A stretch of DNA of 64,000 bases from Candidatus Coatesbacteria bacterium (GTDB taxonomy: Bacteria > JAFGND01), in the NCBI GenBank assembly GCA_016927185.1, contig JAFGND010000023.1, positions 1 through 64,000 of the forward strand, in the 5' to 3' direction. Under the pieces are notes generated by a model. That model worked only from the letters and a program-made list of their open reading frames with translations, had not been told where the DNA came from and searched no databases. Of this stretch, positions 1 through 10,786 are shown one piece after another; the first letter of the stretch is position 1, and each line of letters starts with the position of its first letter. Made by a program: the position numbers and the translations under genes.

Positions 1-779
1 AGATACAGTCCAGGATTATATGCATACAATGTATCTGAAGCAACACTATATATTACTCCATTCCTGTCTATTGAAGGTGGAGTTGGACGTGGAGAACATC
101 CATATCTGAAACCATTAGGGGGATAGAAGACTGTTAATTTATCATACCAGTGAGCATAGTAATATCCATTATCTGTTCCTATTGCCATTATTCCACTATT
201 CTCTTCTCCAAGATTGTAATACCATACACATCCTCCATTATCTTTATTGAATGCATATATATAATCAGAATTTGTCATTACATATATATTTGAACCTCCT
301 GGGATAAAAATAATTGAATGGCAAGAAGTATTTAATCCACGCTCCCAAAGAATAATCCTTTCCTTTGGATCAAAGCATGTAAGACTATATCCTGTTCCAA
401 AATATAACAATCCTTTCTCATCCATGCACATTTCTCTGCCATATTCACCAGTAAATTCCTCTCTCCATAGAAGTTGTGCATTCTTGACTGCCACTAGATA
501 ATTACATTCAGAAGTAGTATGAGCATATAATGTACTGTCTTCTGATATTACTCCTGCTGAAGTAGGCCAGGCGTACATTGAAGATTTTTCAGAATAGATA
601 TTTTTTTCAGATGATTTATTCAAGGAAGGTTCAATATCAATTTCTCCCAGGAATACTGGTTTTGTAGGTCCTTTCAAGGAAGATAATCCATCCTGTCTAT
701 AGTTTACTTTGGAATTATCCCAGAAATGCTCTCCCCAAAGTAACGAAAATCCCACCAAAATTATTATCAAAATACGCAT
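1..779 (-). CDS. Secreted PQQ-like beta-propeller repeat protein (5'-complete, 3'-truncated by window edge)
   Basis: Manual translation of minus strand from ATG at 779-777 gives MRILIIILVGFSLLWGEHFWDN... with signal-peptide-like N-terminus and repeated Y/W-rich blades (GxxYxxxxDG, LYAYN) typical of PQQ/BamB-like propellers; not in ORF track because it has no stop in window. Confidence 0.55.
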   Translation of the reverse strand, partial: MRILIIILVGFSLLWGEHFWDNSKVNYRQDGLSSLKGPTKPVFLGEIDIEPSLNKSSEKNIYSEKSSMYAWPTSAGVISEDSTLYAHTTSECNYLVAVKNAQLLWREEFTGEYGREMCMDEKGLLYFGTGYSLTCFDPKERIILWERGLNTSCHSIIFIPGGSNIYVMTNSDYIYAFNKDNGGCVWYYNLGEENSGIMAIGTDNGYYYAHWYDKLTVFYPPNGFRYGCSPRPTPPSIDRNGVIYSVASDTLYAYNPGLY

Positions 780-1005
780 AAAACCTCTTAAATACATTGA
801 CTTTTATTATTTAAACATCATTGCATATTATAGTTTTCTGACATGCAAAAAGATATCGGTTTAAAGTAAATCTAGTCAAGCAGTTTTCATTTTATGAACA
901 CCATGAATTAATAGTACAAATAAACTTCAACTGTTGAAATAGATTGACTATATTGATAGATTACAAGTAATGTCATGTTTATAATTATATTCTAAGGAGG
1001 AAATA

Positions 1006-2736
1006 ATGAAGCATCTTCAGGATCTTATACAGGTAGCGCAGGGACAAAAAAAGGCAACTCTCCTTATAAAGAATGTTAAATTGATAAATATCTTCAATCA
1101 TGAAATACAGAATACAGATATAGCTATTTATAAAAGCAGAATAGCAGCAATAGGCAAATTCAAGATAGAGGGAGAAAAAGAGATTGATTTCCATAATTCC
1201 TGTTATGCTGCCCCAGGCTTCATAGACAGTCATATACATATTGAAAGTACTATGGTTCCACCAGATGAATTTGCAAGAGCAGCAGCTGTACATGGGACTA
1301 CTTGCGTTATAATTGATCCTCATGAAATAGCAAATGTGCTTGGATATGAGGGAATAAAATATATGATGGAAGCAGCAAAACATAATCCGATTTCAATTTT
1401 TATGATGCTTCCCAGTTGCGTACCTGCATCTCCTCTGGAAACAAGTGGCTCCACTCTTTATGCAACTGATTTATATCCACTCCTGTCTGATGAGTGGGTT
1501 CTTGGAATAGGGGAGATGATGAATTATCCCGGAGTAATCACAGGAAACAGGGATATGCTTGACAAGATACGAATAGCAAAAGGAAAGAGAATTGACGGGC
1601 ACGCTCCATATCTTGCTGCATCATCTCTTAATGCGTATGTTGCAGCCGGGATTTATTCTGAACATGAAGCAACCAATCTCAAGGAGGCAAGTGAAAAACT
1701 GTCTCTGGGAGTTTATATAATGATCAGGGAGGGTAGTGCAGCAAGGAATCTGGAGAATCTGGTCAGATTGATAAAGCCAGAAACAAAAGAACGAATTCTT
1801 TTCTGTTCAGATGACTTGCACCCTTCAGATCTGATAAAAGAAGGTCATATAAACAGGATAGTTACAAAAGCAATTTCACTTGGGGTTGATCCCATAACTG
1901 CAATCAGAATAGCAAGTTATAATGCTGCACAGTATTTCCAGTTGACAGATGTAGGTGCAATAGCCCCTGGCTATTTCGCTGATATAATACTTTTCAAGGA
2001 TATGAAGGTTATAAAACCAGATATGGTTATAAGAAGCGGGGAAATTGTTGTTGAAAAAGGTGTCTGTACTAAGAAGAGAAAGATAAACAGGAATCCACCA
2101 CGTGGAACAGTCAATATTGGCAAGTTCCATATAGACAAGCTGAAGATATTCGCACCTGTTGGGAAAAAGGAAGCAAGGATATATGTTATCAGGATTGTAC
2201 CAGGTGAGCTTATAACAAAAAAGGAAACGGAAATCATGCATGTATCTGATGGTTTGCTGAACTCTGCTGTAAAAAGGGATATATTGAAACTTTCTGTTGT
2301 TGAAAGGCATAGAGCAAGCGGAAAGGTGGGACTTGGATTTGTTTCAGGAATGGGACTTAAATATGGAGCTCTGGCTTCAACAGTTGCACATGATTCCCAC
2401 AATATTATTACTGTTGGAACAAATGATTCAGATATGTATCTGGCAATACAGGCTTTAGTTGATTCTCAAGGTGGAAAAGTGGTTGTAAAAGACGGGAAAG
2501 TCATTGAACTTTTACCGCTTCCAATAGCTGGTCTTATGAGTCCCCTTCCAATACAGAAAGTCTCCTCCCAAATCAAGAGACTCAATGCAGCTGCACAAAA
2601 ACTAGGTTCCCGGCTTATAGATCCATTCATGACATTATCATTCCTGGCTCTTCCAGTAATTCCTGAGTTGAAACTAACTGATTTTGGATTGATAGATGTC
2701 GGAAAATTCCAGGTAATCTCCTTGTTTGCAGATTGA
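1006..2736 (+). CDS. ade: Adenine deaminase
   Basis: 576 aa; amidohydrolase metal-binding motifs (FIDSHIHIES, HGTTCVIIDPHEIANV, DGHAP, AHDSHNII) and length typical of Ade; strong SD (AAGGAGG) 7 nt upstream. Confidence 0.85.
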   Translation: MKHLQDLIQVAQGQKKATLLIKNVKLINIFNHEIQNTDIAIYKSRIAAIGKFKIEGEKEIDFHNSCYAAPGFIDSHIHIESTMVPPDEFARAAAVHGTTCVIIDPHEIANVLGYEGIKYMMEAAKHNPISIFMMLPSCVPASPLETSGSTLYATDLYPLLSDEWVLGIGEMMNYPGVITGNRDMLDKIRIAKGKRIDGHAPYLAASSLNAYVAAGIYSEHEATNLKEASEKLSLGVYIMIREGSAARNLENLVRLIKPETKERILFCSDDLHPSDLIKEGHINRIVTKAISLGVDPITAIRIASYNAAQYFQLTDVGAIAPGYFADIILFKDMKVIKPDMVIRSGEIVVEKGVCTKKRKINRNPPRGTVNIGKFHIDKLKIFAPVGKKEARIYVIRIVPGELITKKETEIMHVSDGLLNSAVKRDILKLSVVERHRASGKVGLGFVSGMGLKYGALASTVAHDSHNIITVGTNDSDMYLAIQALVDSQGGKVVVKDGKVIELLPLPIAGLMSPLPIQKVSSQIKRLNAAAQKLGSRLIDPFMTLSFLALPVIPELKLTDFGLIDVGKFQVISLFAD

Positions 2737-2800
2737 TTTATTATTGTTGTAAAAGCGATAATTCTTCAACACAATAAACCAATCTGGCTTGATGAGTAGA

Positions 2801-3580
2801 TTACAATTCCACTTTGAAAAAACCTTTCAAGATGAAAGCAAACAGGATTGTAAGCAGGAAATATGGATACAGCCAGTAGGTTTTTACTGACAGGAATTCT
2901 ATTTCCCTTTCTGGATATTTAATCTCGTAAGCTTGTATGCCATCAAGAGCATTATATGGAACGGGAGAGAGTATTCCTGAAAGGGATTTACTTGAACCGC
3001 TAAAGAGAAATGAGTTTTTTGAACCTTTTACCTTGATTTCTCTGGTCTTATCTGACAGTTTTATTATTGCATCCTTATCTGAATTGTACTTTAATCTCCA
3101 GTAATATCTGTTTTCTTCTTCCAGGAAAAAAGGATCTGTTTCCTTGATTAATCCCTTGAATTCAACATCAGGTTTATTTATTCCTCTCAAAGAGAAAAGA
3201 AATGTTTCGTTTTTCTTGAATGGTCTATGTGCCAGATGAGGCTCAACCTGTATTATCAGAACAATTGCAGGAATTATTAAATATGCAACTGGTTTGAGAT
3301 TAGCAAGAAAGTATTTCAGGTTGGCAGAAAGAACAAATTTCAAGCTCTTTACTGTTTGTGCAGGATTATCCTTGAATAGAAGCATTTCCAGTATCCCTGC
3401 TTTTACCATGGATTTTGCTGTTTTTATTTTAAGAGGATCACTTACTTTCTTGTAAACAAACAGGGCTAAAACTGATGTCAGAAGTGAAATCAAGGTGATA
3501 GCTACCCAGTCAGGCAAGGATATTGCAATAAAAGAGAAAGGTATGAACAAGGTAGTAAGGAAGTAATTCAGATAATGCAC
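2801..3580 (-). CDS. Hypothetical membrane protein
   Basis: 259 aa ORF, N-terminal hydrophobic helices; start codon overlaps stop of upstream 63-aa ORF (translational coupling). Confidence 0.5.
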   Translation of the reverse strand: MHYLNYFLTTLFIPFSFIAISLPDWVAITLISLLTSVLALFVYKKVSDPLKIKTAKSMVKAGILEMLLFKDNPAQTVKSLKFVLSANLKYFLANLKPVAYLIIPAIVLIIQVEPHLAHRPFKKNETFLFSLRGINKPDVEFKGLIKETDPFFLEEENRYYWRLKYNSDKDAIIKLSDKTREIKVKGSKNSFLFSGSSKSLSGILSPVPYNALDGIQAYEIKYPEREIEFLSVKTYWLYPYFLLTILFAFILKGFFKVEL

Positions 3581-3771
3581 TATAAATAACCAAGTCCCTG
3601 CAGTTTTTCTTTTATTGCTTCGCTGTCAGTTTCTCCTTCAAACTTTGCTATTTCCTGCTCAAGTATATGTGAAACAAACTCATCAATACTGCTATAACCT
3701 GCTTTTTCAGATATCTGCTTGAGTCTCTCGTACAATCCGTCAGCTATCTTTATTTTTTTCCCTCCGAACAT
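3580..3771 (-). CDS. Small ribbon-helix-helix-like (CopG/Arc-type) protein
   Basis: 63 aa; N-terminal KKIKIADGLYERLKQIS resembles RHH beta-strand+helix; coupled to downstream membrane protein. Confidence 0.4.
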   Translation of the reverse strand: MFGGKKIKIADGLYERLKQISEKAGYSSIDEFVSHILEQEIAKFEGETDSEAIKEKLQGLGYL

Positions 3772-3781
3772 TTCTTCTCCT

Positions 3782-5770
3782 TTACAAAATTATCTTCCCG
3801 TCATAATCATTTGGAACTGGGATATTGAAAATGTTCAATACTGTTGGTGCAATATCAATGAGAGAAGGATTGGCATCAATAAGCTTCCTGTTGCTAAGGA
3901 ATACTCCTGGAACCCTGTTGTAATCTATACAGTGATCACCAGACCATTTACCTTTGTTAGGTCTTATAATCCATTCAGTTATTTTACCCAGAGCGCTTTG
4001 CCATGCAATTCTGTAATCCCTCTCAAATCCGAGAATTATATCCGGAGATTCATTCATGAATTCACCTTTGAAAATCTCAGTGGCTTTATAAATATTTGCA
4101 AAAACATTTTTGTTAGTTGCAGGATCCTTCAATGCAAGCAATTTTTCCTTGATTTCTTCTAATAATCCTTTTTCCTCATTAGGCGTCACTATTCCCTGTG
4201 CTTCCCTGTTCCTTTTATTAAGATAAAGTCCATTCAAGCCATATGCATATGCTCTTGTCTGTGGCCAGTCAACATCAATAAAAGCTTCATTATCACTTGA
4301 CTTCAAGCCATCGCTGAAATAAAGGTATTTGTTTTCATGAAGCCAGGAGTTGACATTTACTGAATACTTGAAAGAAGCAAAACCATGATCGCTGCAAATG
4401 ATTATTATATCATCTTTATCAAGTTCTGACAGAATTTTTCCAAGCATAACATCAAATGATAAATAAAGATCCCTGATAGCATTTTTTATTTCAAGACATT
4501 CCTTGATATTATAAGCAGGATGATGTTCATCAAGTGCTCTCCATAATACATGAGTATTCTGGTCTAAACTGGAGAAATAGAAGAATAGCAAACCATCCTT
4601 GAAAGACTTGAATTCATGCTCGAAATGAGTAATACTCTCATCAAGTATATAGAGAGCTTGTTGCAGATATTCCCTGTCAGTAAGTGCTCCTGAAGTCAAT
4701 GATTTAGTATTTTCTGGCATTCCCTGCGTGTAAAACAATCCCATATCTTTAGAAAGATTTGCAGCATATCCAGAAGGTGCATCTATCGGAAGAGCCGGAT
4801 CATTGGGGTTTATATTCACTGGTGTAACATAAAGTTGGAAATCCGGATATAATGATTTCAGATAGAATCTGACAATCCCTGATATTTTCTTCATAGAACC
4901 TGCAAAAGGAAAATCTATCTCAATCCATCTTGACCATTCCTTTTCCTTTAGAAGAATCTCTTCTTTTCCAAAACGAAGCAACAATAACGACTTTTCTTTA
5001 TCCAGAAATGCCGTTCCATTTGAATATGTTGTTATTTTCTTATTCTTGAATGGATTTTCAGGTCCAGGTATTGATAAATTTACTTTGTTATTTGTTACTG
5101 CTACAGGTATTATCTGACCGCCTCCAGCTTCTTCATCCTGTATGAATTCAACATTTGTGAAAAGTGTGAACAAGCCATAAGTCCCTTGTAAATCCGGAGT
5201 ACCCATACCGCTTATGCTTTTGCCAAATCTTGTTTCTTTTGGAGGAAAGTTAGAAGGGATTTTATAAATAGTATGAGCAATTTTATGTGCATCAAGATAA
5301 TCCCAGAAAACATCACTCCTGTTCAGATTTTCGACCTTGCCTGCTGACAAGGGGATTTTCCATGAGGATAAATTCAGATTAATATCTCCACTTATACTTT
5401 TCGAAGTACTCAGGAAAGGTGTATAGAAATTGGGATCTCGGTGTATGAAATCGAAAATTCCATGTTTGGCAGGATTCTTCCCTGAAGCAAATGAAGCCCA
5501 TGCAACAGGAGATTGGGGAGGCATTACAGTACGCAGAGGGGAAAATGAACCTGTTTTTGATAACGTATAAAAATTTTTCATTAATCCTTCATTGAACATT
5601 TTTTTAAGAAAACCTGGATCCATACCATCTATTCCAAGTATTAAAATCCTTCTTCCTGTTCTTATGCTTCTGCTTTGAAGCCTGCAACCAATCATTCCAG
5701 TAGAAAGCAGACCACAAGCAGATAGCTTCAAAAAATCTCTTCTATTAATCTCGAATCTTTTTCTTGTCAT
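3782..5770 (-). CDS. TAT-secreted alkaline-phosphatase-superfamily enzyme (type I phosphodiesterase/nucleotide pyrophosphatase-like) with C-terminal extension
   Basis: 662 aa; twin-arginine motif RRDFLKLSACGLL; GIDGMDPGF metal site, Ser/Thr nucleophile region PPQSPVAWASF...HGIFDF, SDHGF motif; paralogous to ORFs at 38212-39480 and 40083-41492. Confidence 0.75.
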   Translation of the reverse strand: MTRKRFEINRRDFLKLSACGLLSTGMIGCRLQSRSIRTGRRILILGIDGMDPGFLKKMFNEGLMKNFYTLSKTGSFSPLRTVMPPQSPVAWASFASGKNPAKHGIFDFIHRDPNFYTPFLSTSKSISGDINLNLSSWKIPLSAGKVENLNRSDVFWDYLDAHKIAHTIYKIPSNFPPKETRFGKSISGMGTPDLQGTYGLFTLFTNVEFIQDEEAGGGQIIPVAVTNNKVNLSIPGPENPFKNKKITTYSNGTAFLDKEKSLLLLRFGKEEILLKEKEWSRWIEIDFPFAGSMKKISGIVRFYLKSLYPDFQLYVTPVNINPNDPALPIDAPSGYAANLSKDMGLFYTQGMPENTKSLTSGALTDREYLQQALYILDESITHFEHEFKSFKDGLLFFYFSSLDQNTHVLWRALDEHHPAYNIKECLEIKNAIRDLYLSFDVMLGKILSELDKDDIIIICSDHGFASFKYSVNVNSWLHENKYLYFSDGLKSSDNEAFIDVDWPQTRAYAYGLNGLYLNKRNREAQGIVTPNEEKGLLEEIKEKLLALKDPATNKNVFANIYKATEIFKGEFMNESPDIILGFERDYRIAWQSALGKITEWIIRPNKGKWSGDHCIDYNRVPGVFLSNRKLIDANPSLIDIAPTVLNIFNIPVPNDYDGKIIL

Positions 5771-6108
5771 TATTTTCCGTGCTCTTTGGGAATCTTTTCT
5801 ATTACAAACCTTACTATAGTAGATATAATCATTATGGAACCCATTGTCAAGAGAATAATGCTTGTATTTTTAAAATCAACAATTTCCTTTTCCATATTCT
5901 TTAATTCAGTATCTTCAAATGATCCTGCATTTGAATTTGTATTCTCGGTAATGTTAAATCTTGTTTCTTTGCTTTTCAATTCATTCAGCTCATTTTGTTT
6001 CTTTTTTGATGCTGAATAAAAGAAACAGGCAAGCAGAAGGCAAATTATAAAAGAAATAAAAGGAAGTAAAACCAGTTTTCTCTTAGGCAAAAGCCGTTTT
6101 CCTTTCAA
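5770..6108 (-). CDS. Small membrane protein, hypothetical
   Basis: 112 aa ORF with two hydrophobic segments, start overlaps upstream gene stop. Confidence 0.4.
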   Translation of the reverse strand: MKGKRLLPKRKLVLLPFISFIICLLLACFFYSASKKKQNELNELKSKETRFNITENTNSNAGSFEDTELKNMEKEIVDFKNTSIILLTMGSIMIISTIVRFVIEKIPKEHGK

Positions 6109-6228
6109 ACTGAAAGTTCTTTGCAGGTCAGGTATTTCCTGATCTGCAGCAAATGCACCCCAGGCTTATTAATAGAATTACTAGCAAAAAAATTATTATC
6201 ATTAGTTTCATTTTTGCTTTTTTATACA

Positions 6229-6735
6229 TTAATCTATCCACAGGTTTTTCTCCCTTATAAGATCCTCAATGCGTTTTTCTATCAATCTTGAATCATTAGT
6301 AGAAAAAACTCTTTCTTCAAGATTATCGGGAATATCTGATTTGTCATGTTTTGTGTATCTTATTGTATAGCAACCATTTGCAAGCGCACTTAAGCAATCG
6401 TCCTTATTGTTACCTATGAATATGGAAATCTTTGGCTTGGTTTTCTCTATCCATTTCCAAACCTTGTTGATTTTTGTCCATCCATATGTCCCCTTTAAAT
6501 GATCAGGAACCTGCCAACCTTTTATTCGCATTCCAAGCTTGAATATCCATGCAAAAGGGGTAGGTCTCTTGCTAAGTATAATCAGAGTTGCAAATGAATT
6601 TATTCTATTCCAGAATTCTTTTGAGATTGCTGGTTCAGAAGGAGTAAAATCTTTTATCGCAGAACTTATTAGTGTCTGATCGATATCTACAAATATCAGT
6701 ATATCATTCTCGCGCATGCTATCTCTCAATAACAA
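6229..6735 (-). CDS. HAD-superfamily hydrolase
   Basis: 168 aa; N-terminal DxD motif (ILIFVDIDQTL) and C-terminal GNNKDD consistent with HAD phosphatase fold. Confidence 0.55.
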   Translation of the reverse strand: MLLRDSMRENDILIFVDIDQTLISSAIKDFTPSEPAISKEFWNRINSFATLIILSKRPTPFAWIFKLGMRIKGWQVPDHLKGTYGWTKINKVWKWIEKTKPKISIFIGNNKDDCLSALANGCYTIRYTKHDKSDIPDNLEERVFSTNDSRLIEKRIEDLIREKNLWID

Positions 6736-7558
6736 ATGAATCTACCAGTTTATTCTCATTATTGAAGCAGAATGCAAGGGTTTTAGATGAATAAACCTCA
6801 AGCAGTAAATAGTGATTTGTAACAAGAGCAAAAAAGTCTTTTTTATCTTTATAATAATTCTTCCTTATGAAAGTTAGTTTCCCTCCTCCTCCTCCAGATA
6901 CAACATGCCAGACACCATTGACTTTCTGTCTTGCATAAAGATGATCATGACCACTGAAAAAAGAGGAGACCTTGACTTTCTTGAAAAGAGGAAGCAAGTT
7001 CTTTTGCAAATTTATATTATCACTGTGTCTCCCGGGTGAATACATCGGGTGATGAAGAATTACAAATAAGTAACCAGTGCAATCAGATTTCAGCTGATTA
7101 ACAAGCCATTTACTCTGATCGCTGTTATTCGAATAATCAATGTTAGAATCAAGAATAATGAATTTGGAGTTGGGTTTGTTTTTGGGATAACTGAATGTAT
7201 AATATGTTTTGCCTCCACTCATTTCATAAATCGCAGGGAAGTATTTTTTCAGAATTTTCCATCCTTTAGATCCATATGTTTCATGATTCCCTATAGTTGG
7301 ATAATATGGGATTTCAGATAATGGTTTTATTTCCTTAAGGAATAATTTCCATAAGGAATCTATTCCACCAATATTAACCATATCACCAACGGTAATCACA
7401 AAATCAGGTTTTTTTGAAACTATATTTGCAATAATTTTTTCGTGTCTTACTCCACCTCCCTGGCTATCTCCATATATCACGAATTTATAGAGAAGTTGCT
7501 CAGAAAGCAAAGATTGAAAGGTGGAAATGATAAAAACAATAATCAGAATAAATTTCAT
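6719..7558 (-). CDS. Secreted calcineurin-like metallophosphoesterase
   Basis: 279 aa; signal peptide; GDSQGG, GDMVN, GNHE, HHPMYS, GHDH motifs of metallophosphoesterases. Confidence 0.7.
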   Translation of the reverse strand: MKFILIIVFIISTFQSLLSEQLLYKFVIYGDSQGGGVRHEKIIANIVSKKPDFVITVGDMVNIGGIDSLWKLFLKEIKPLSEIPYYPTIGNHETYGSKGWKILKKYFPAIYEMSGGKTYYTFSYPKNKPNSKFIILDSNIDYSNNSDQSKWLVNQLKSDCTGYLFVILHHPMYSPGRHSDNINLQKNLLPLFKKVKVSSFFSGHDHLYARQKVNGVWHVVSGGGGGKLTFIRKNYYKDKKDFFALVTNHYLLLEVYSSKTLAFCFNNENKLVDSFVIER

Positions 7559-7654
7559 ATTGCTTAAGATACCTGAAACTGAAAGTTTGTCAAATGTTAA
7601 AGATAATTATTTTTGTGTTGATTATATAATCAAACAGATGAAAACGTACCAGAT

Positions 7655-8617
7655 ATGAATGAACATTATTCAAATAACGAAGAAGCTTATATAGAGAAAC
7701 TCAGCACTAATCTTGGTAAACTGAAGCTGAAGACTCCATGGATAATGGCTTCAGGGACTTTTGGGTATGGATATGAGCTTAAAGAAGTGACAGATTATAG
7801 ATTTATTGGAGCTATAACAACAAAGACAATAACTAGGAAAACGAAAGCTGGTAATCTCCCACCTCGCCTGTTTCAAATAAACAAGGGACTTTTGAATACT
7901 ATAGGACTTGCTAATGCAGGGATGGAAGATTTCAAGGATGGAATATTTCCTCTTTTGAAAGATATAGAACCCAGGCTAATCCTTAGTATTGGTGGTGAGA
8001 GTGTGGATGAATATCTTGAAGTGATAGAAAATCTTGAAGGCTTGAAGAAAGTAAGTGCAATTGAACTTAATGTTTCATGTCCCAATATAGATATATCAGG
8101 AAAGAATCTCTGCCAATCACCTGATAGATTATCTAGTCTGGTTAAATTGGCAAGGGGAATCACAAGTAAGCCAATAATAGTCAAAATAACTCCAAATGAA
8201 ATAAACACTGCTGGAATATCAAATCTTTGCATATCAGCAGGAGCAGATATTTTAAATATATCAAATACTTTTACTGGAACTTTTTTAACCTTTCCTGACC
8301 TGAAATTTGTTCTGTCCAGACCTCTGGGAGGTTACTCCGGGAAACCTGTTTTCCCAATATCTCTTGCAAAAGTGTGGCAAACCAGACAGGAATTGAATAG
8401 TCCAATAATTGCATCAGGTGGAGTTGAAGATTTAAAAAGTGCAATTTCATTTCTTGCAGTTGGAGCTAATGCTGTTTCTATTGGAACAGGCATCTTCAAG
8501 GATTATGGGTTGCCAAAAAAACTATCATTAGGTCTTCTGACTTATCTTAAAAAAAGAGACATCACAATAGATAAACTAATAGGAATTGCTTCTATAGAAG
8601 ACAATAGGGGGGAATAA
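7655..8617 (+). CDS. pyrD: Dihydroorotate dehydrogenase (class 1 catalytic subunit)
   Basis: 320 aa; MASGTFGYG, NTIGL, IELNVSCPN, TNT, GG motifs of PyrD TIM barrel; followed directly by pyrG. Confidence 0.85.
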   Translation: MNEHYSNNEEAYIEKLSTNLGKLKLKTPWIMASGTFGYGYELKEVTDYRFIGAITTKTITRKTKAGNLPPRLFQINKGLLNTIGLANAGMEDFKDGIFPLLKDIEPRLILSIGGESVDEYLEVIENLEGLKKVSAIELNVSCPNIDISGKNLCQSPDRLSSLVKLARGITSKPIIVKITPNEINTAGISNLCISAGADILNISNTFTGTFLTFPDLKFVLSRPLGGYSGKPVFPISLAKVWQTRQELNSPIIASGGVEDLKSAISFLAVGANAVSIGTGIFKDYGLPKKLSLGLLTYLKKRDITIDKLIGIASIEDNRGE

Positions 8618-10224
8618 TGCAAACCCGTTATATTTTTGTTTTGGGAGGAGTTGTAAGCTCTCTTGGCAAGGGAATTGCTTCAGCTTCTATTGCAATGTTG
8701 CTTTCCAGAATGGGTTTGAGTGTAACTTTGCAGAAATTTGATCCTTATATTAATATCGATCCTGGAACTATGAATCCTTATCAACATGGAGAGGTTTTTG
8801 TAACTTCAGATGGAGGTGAAACTGATCTGGATCTTGGTTACTATGAAAGATTTACAGGCATTAATATGACCAAGAACAACAACACTACAGCAGGACAGGT
8901 TTATAACACTATTATTGAAAAAGAGCGAAAAGGTGAATTTCTTGGAGATACCATTCAGGTCATACCTCATATAACAGATGAAATAAAGCGAAAAGTCAAG
9001 TTTGTAGGTACTGGTTTCGATGTCGTTGTTACTGAGATTGGTGGAACAGTAGGAGATATTGAAAGTCTGCCTTTTCTGGAAGCAATAAGACAATTAGCAC
9101 TAGATTTAGGTCGCGAAAATGTTTTATATATACTTGTAACACTTGTCCCTTATATAGAAAGTGCAGGAGAGATTAAAACTAAACCAACTCAACATAGTGT
9201 TCACAGGATAAGGGAGATAGGTATTCAACCTGATATAATAATCTGCAGATCAGAAAAGCATATTTCAGATGAAATAAAGGACAAGATAAGTCTTTTTTGT
9301 AATGTGCAGAAAGATTGCGTTATTGAAGCTCCTAATGTAGAGAATATCTATGAAGTTCCGATTATTTTTGCAGAGCAAAAATTACATTATATAATTACAG
9401 GTAAAATGAGTATTGATCCAAACAGTGATCTTGAAATAAGTGACTGGAATACTTTGGTCAAGCATGCTAATGAAATAAACTCAGTAGTAAAAATTGCTAT
9501 TGCTGGCAAATATACCAAGCTAAAAGATGCCTATAAATCTGTTCTCGCAGCAATAACCCACGCTTCATGGGCTAATGACGTAAAACCAGAAATAATCTGG
9601 ACAGAGTCAGATAGTCTGGTTGAAAATCCTGATCTTCTTGATGAAGCAGATGCTGTTCTTGTCCCCGGAGGATTCGGATTGAGGGGAATGGAAGGCAAAG
9701 TAGCAGCTGCCAAGTATGCTCGCGAAAACAAGATTCCTTATCTTGGATTGTGTCTTGGGCTTCATGCAGCTACTATTTCTTTTTCAAGGGATATATGCAA
9801 ACTCGAAGGTGCTCAAAGTACTGAATTTGACAAGAAGACTCCTCATCCTGTTATTGACTTGCTTCCTCAGCAAAAGGATCTGAAGAAGATGGGAGGGACA
9901 ATGAGATTAGGGCATTATGCATGCCTTCTCTTTTCAGGAACAAAATCACTTGATCTATACGGCACTAATATAGTTTATGAAAGGCACAGACATAGATTTG
10001 AGGTAAACAGCAAATATATAGATATATTGAAAAAAAATGGACTTGTTGTTGCTGGTATAAATCCTGATACAAAACTTGTCGAGATCATAGAAATACATGA
10101 TCATCCATTTTATATAGCTACGCAGTTTCATCCAGAATTCCAGAGTAATCCTCTAAAACCACATCCATTATTCAAAGGATTTATTAGAGCAGCAAAAGAA
10201 AGATCTAATGAAAGAAAAAGATAA
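8617..10224 (+). CDS. pyrG: CTP synthase
   Basis: 535 aa; N-terminal synthetase domain ([15 protein letters not shown]) and C-terminal glutamine amidotransferase ([13 protein letters not shown]). Confidence 0.95.
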   Translation: MQTRYIFVLGGVVSSLGKGIASASIAMLLSRMGLSVTLQKFDPYINIDPGTMNPYQHGEVFVTSDGGETDLDLGYYERFTGINMTKNNNTTAGQVYNTIIEKERKGEFLGDTIQVIPHITDEIKRKVKFVGTGFDVVVTEIGGTVGDIESLPFLEAIRQLALDLGRENVLYILVTLVPYIESAGEIKTKPTQHSVHRIREIGIQPDIIICRSEKHISDEIKDKISLFCNVQKDCVIEAPNVENIYEVPIIFAEQKLHYIITGKMSIDPNSDLEISDWNTLVKHANEINSVVKIAIAGKYTKLKDAYKSVLAAITHASWANDVKPEIIWTESDSLVENPDLLDEADAVLVPGGFGLRGMEGKVAAAKYARENKIPYLGLCLGLHAATISFSRDICKLEGAQSTEFDKKTPHPVIDLLPQQKDLKKMGGTMRLGHYACLLFSGTKSLDLYGTNIVYERHRHRFEVNSKYIDILKKNGLVVAGINPDTKLVEIIEIHDHPFYIATQFHPEFQSNPLKPHPLFKGFIRAAKERSNERKR

Positions 10225-10555
10225 ATTCATAAGAAAAAAAAGTGATTATGACAGGATTTTTAAAGAGGGAAAAAGAATTTACAATCCTTATTTCTCAATT
10301 TTGTTTACAAAGGCTGATTTAAACTCAAGGCTTGGAATTATACTTAGCAAAAAAACAGGAAATGCTGTTAAAAGGAATCTTATAAAGAGAAGAATAAGAC
10401 ATATTTGGAAAATGGTTGAACCAGTACTGGAATATAAAGCTGATTTTCTCATTATTCCTAAACCAAACATTATCCAGATTTCATTTAATGAAATGAAAAA
10501 CGAAATTCAGAGAAAGTTTTTAAAGGTTTATATTGAAAATTATACGTCTATTTGA
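10208..10555 (+). CDS. rnpA: Ribonuclease P protein component
   Basis: 115 aa basic protein ([16 protein letters not shown]) immediately upstream of yidD-yidC as in the conserved rnpA-yidD-yidC cluster. Confidence 0.6.
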   Translation: MKEKDKFIRKKSDYDRIFKEGKRIYNPYFSILFTKADLNSRLGIILSKKTGNAVKRNLIKRRIRHIWKMVEPVLEYKADFLIIPKPNIIQISFNEMKNEIQRKFLKVYIENYTSI

Positions 10556-10772
10556 TGGATTAATAAGGTTTTTACTGAGGCTTATGATCAGAATTTACAG
10601 GATAACAATTTCACCTCTTCTTCCCCCTTCCTGCATATTTACTCCATCATGTTCCCAATACGCATTTGAGGCACTTTCAAAGTATCACTTATGGAAAAGC
10701 CTTTATTTAATTATTAAAAGGATTTTACGTTGTAATCCCTTTGGAAAAGGAGGATATGATCCTGTTCCATAG
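10533..10772 (+). CDS. yidD: Membrane protein insertion efficiency factor YidD
   Basis: 79 aa; hallmark YRxxISPLLxxxCxFxPSCSxYAxEAL motif. Confidence 0.85.
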   Translation: MKIIRLFDGLIRFLLRLMIRIYRITISPLLPPSCIFTPSCSQYAFEALSKYHLWKSLYLIIKRILRCNPFGKGGYDPVP

Positions 10773-10786
10773 ATCCAGGAGTTGAA

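Noticed and set aside
780-1005. Possible purine riboswitch upstream of adenine deaminase
   Set aside because: No conserved J2-3/L3 core sequences (CCGUAAA or UUUCUACC-like) were found by eye. It looks like an ordinary AT-rich promoter region.
1876-2402. Two antisense ORFs (144 and 143 aa) inside the adenine deaminase gene
   Set aside because: Fully embedded opposite a well-supported conserved enzyme gene. The translated sequences are low-complexity with no motifs. These are typical AT-rich antisense artefacts. The same applies to 7873-8232, 8806-9093, 9531-9731, 16123-16521, 16759-17218, 22709-23192 and 24376-24879, and to similar embedded ORFs elsewhere.
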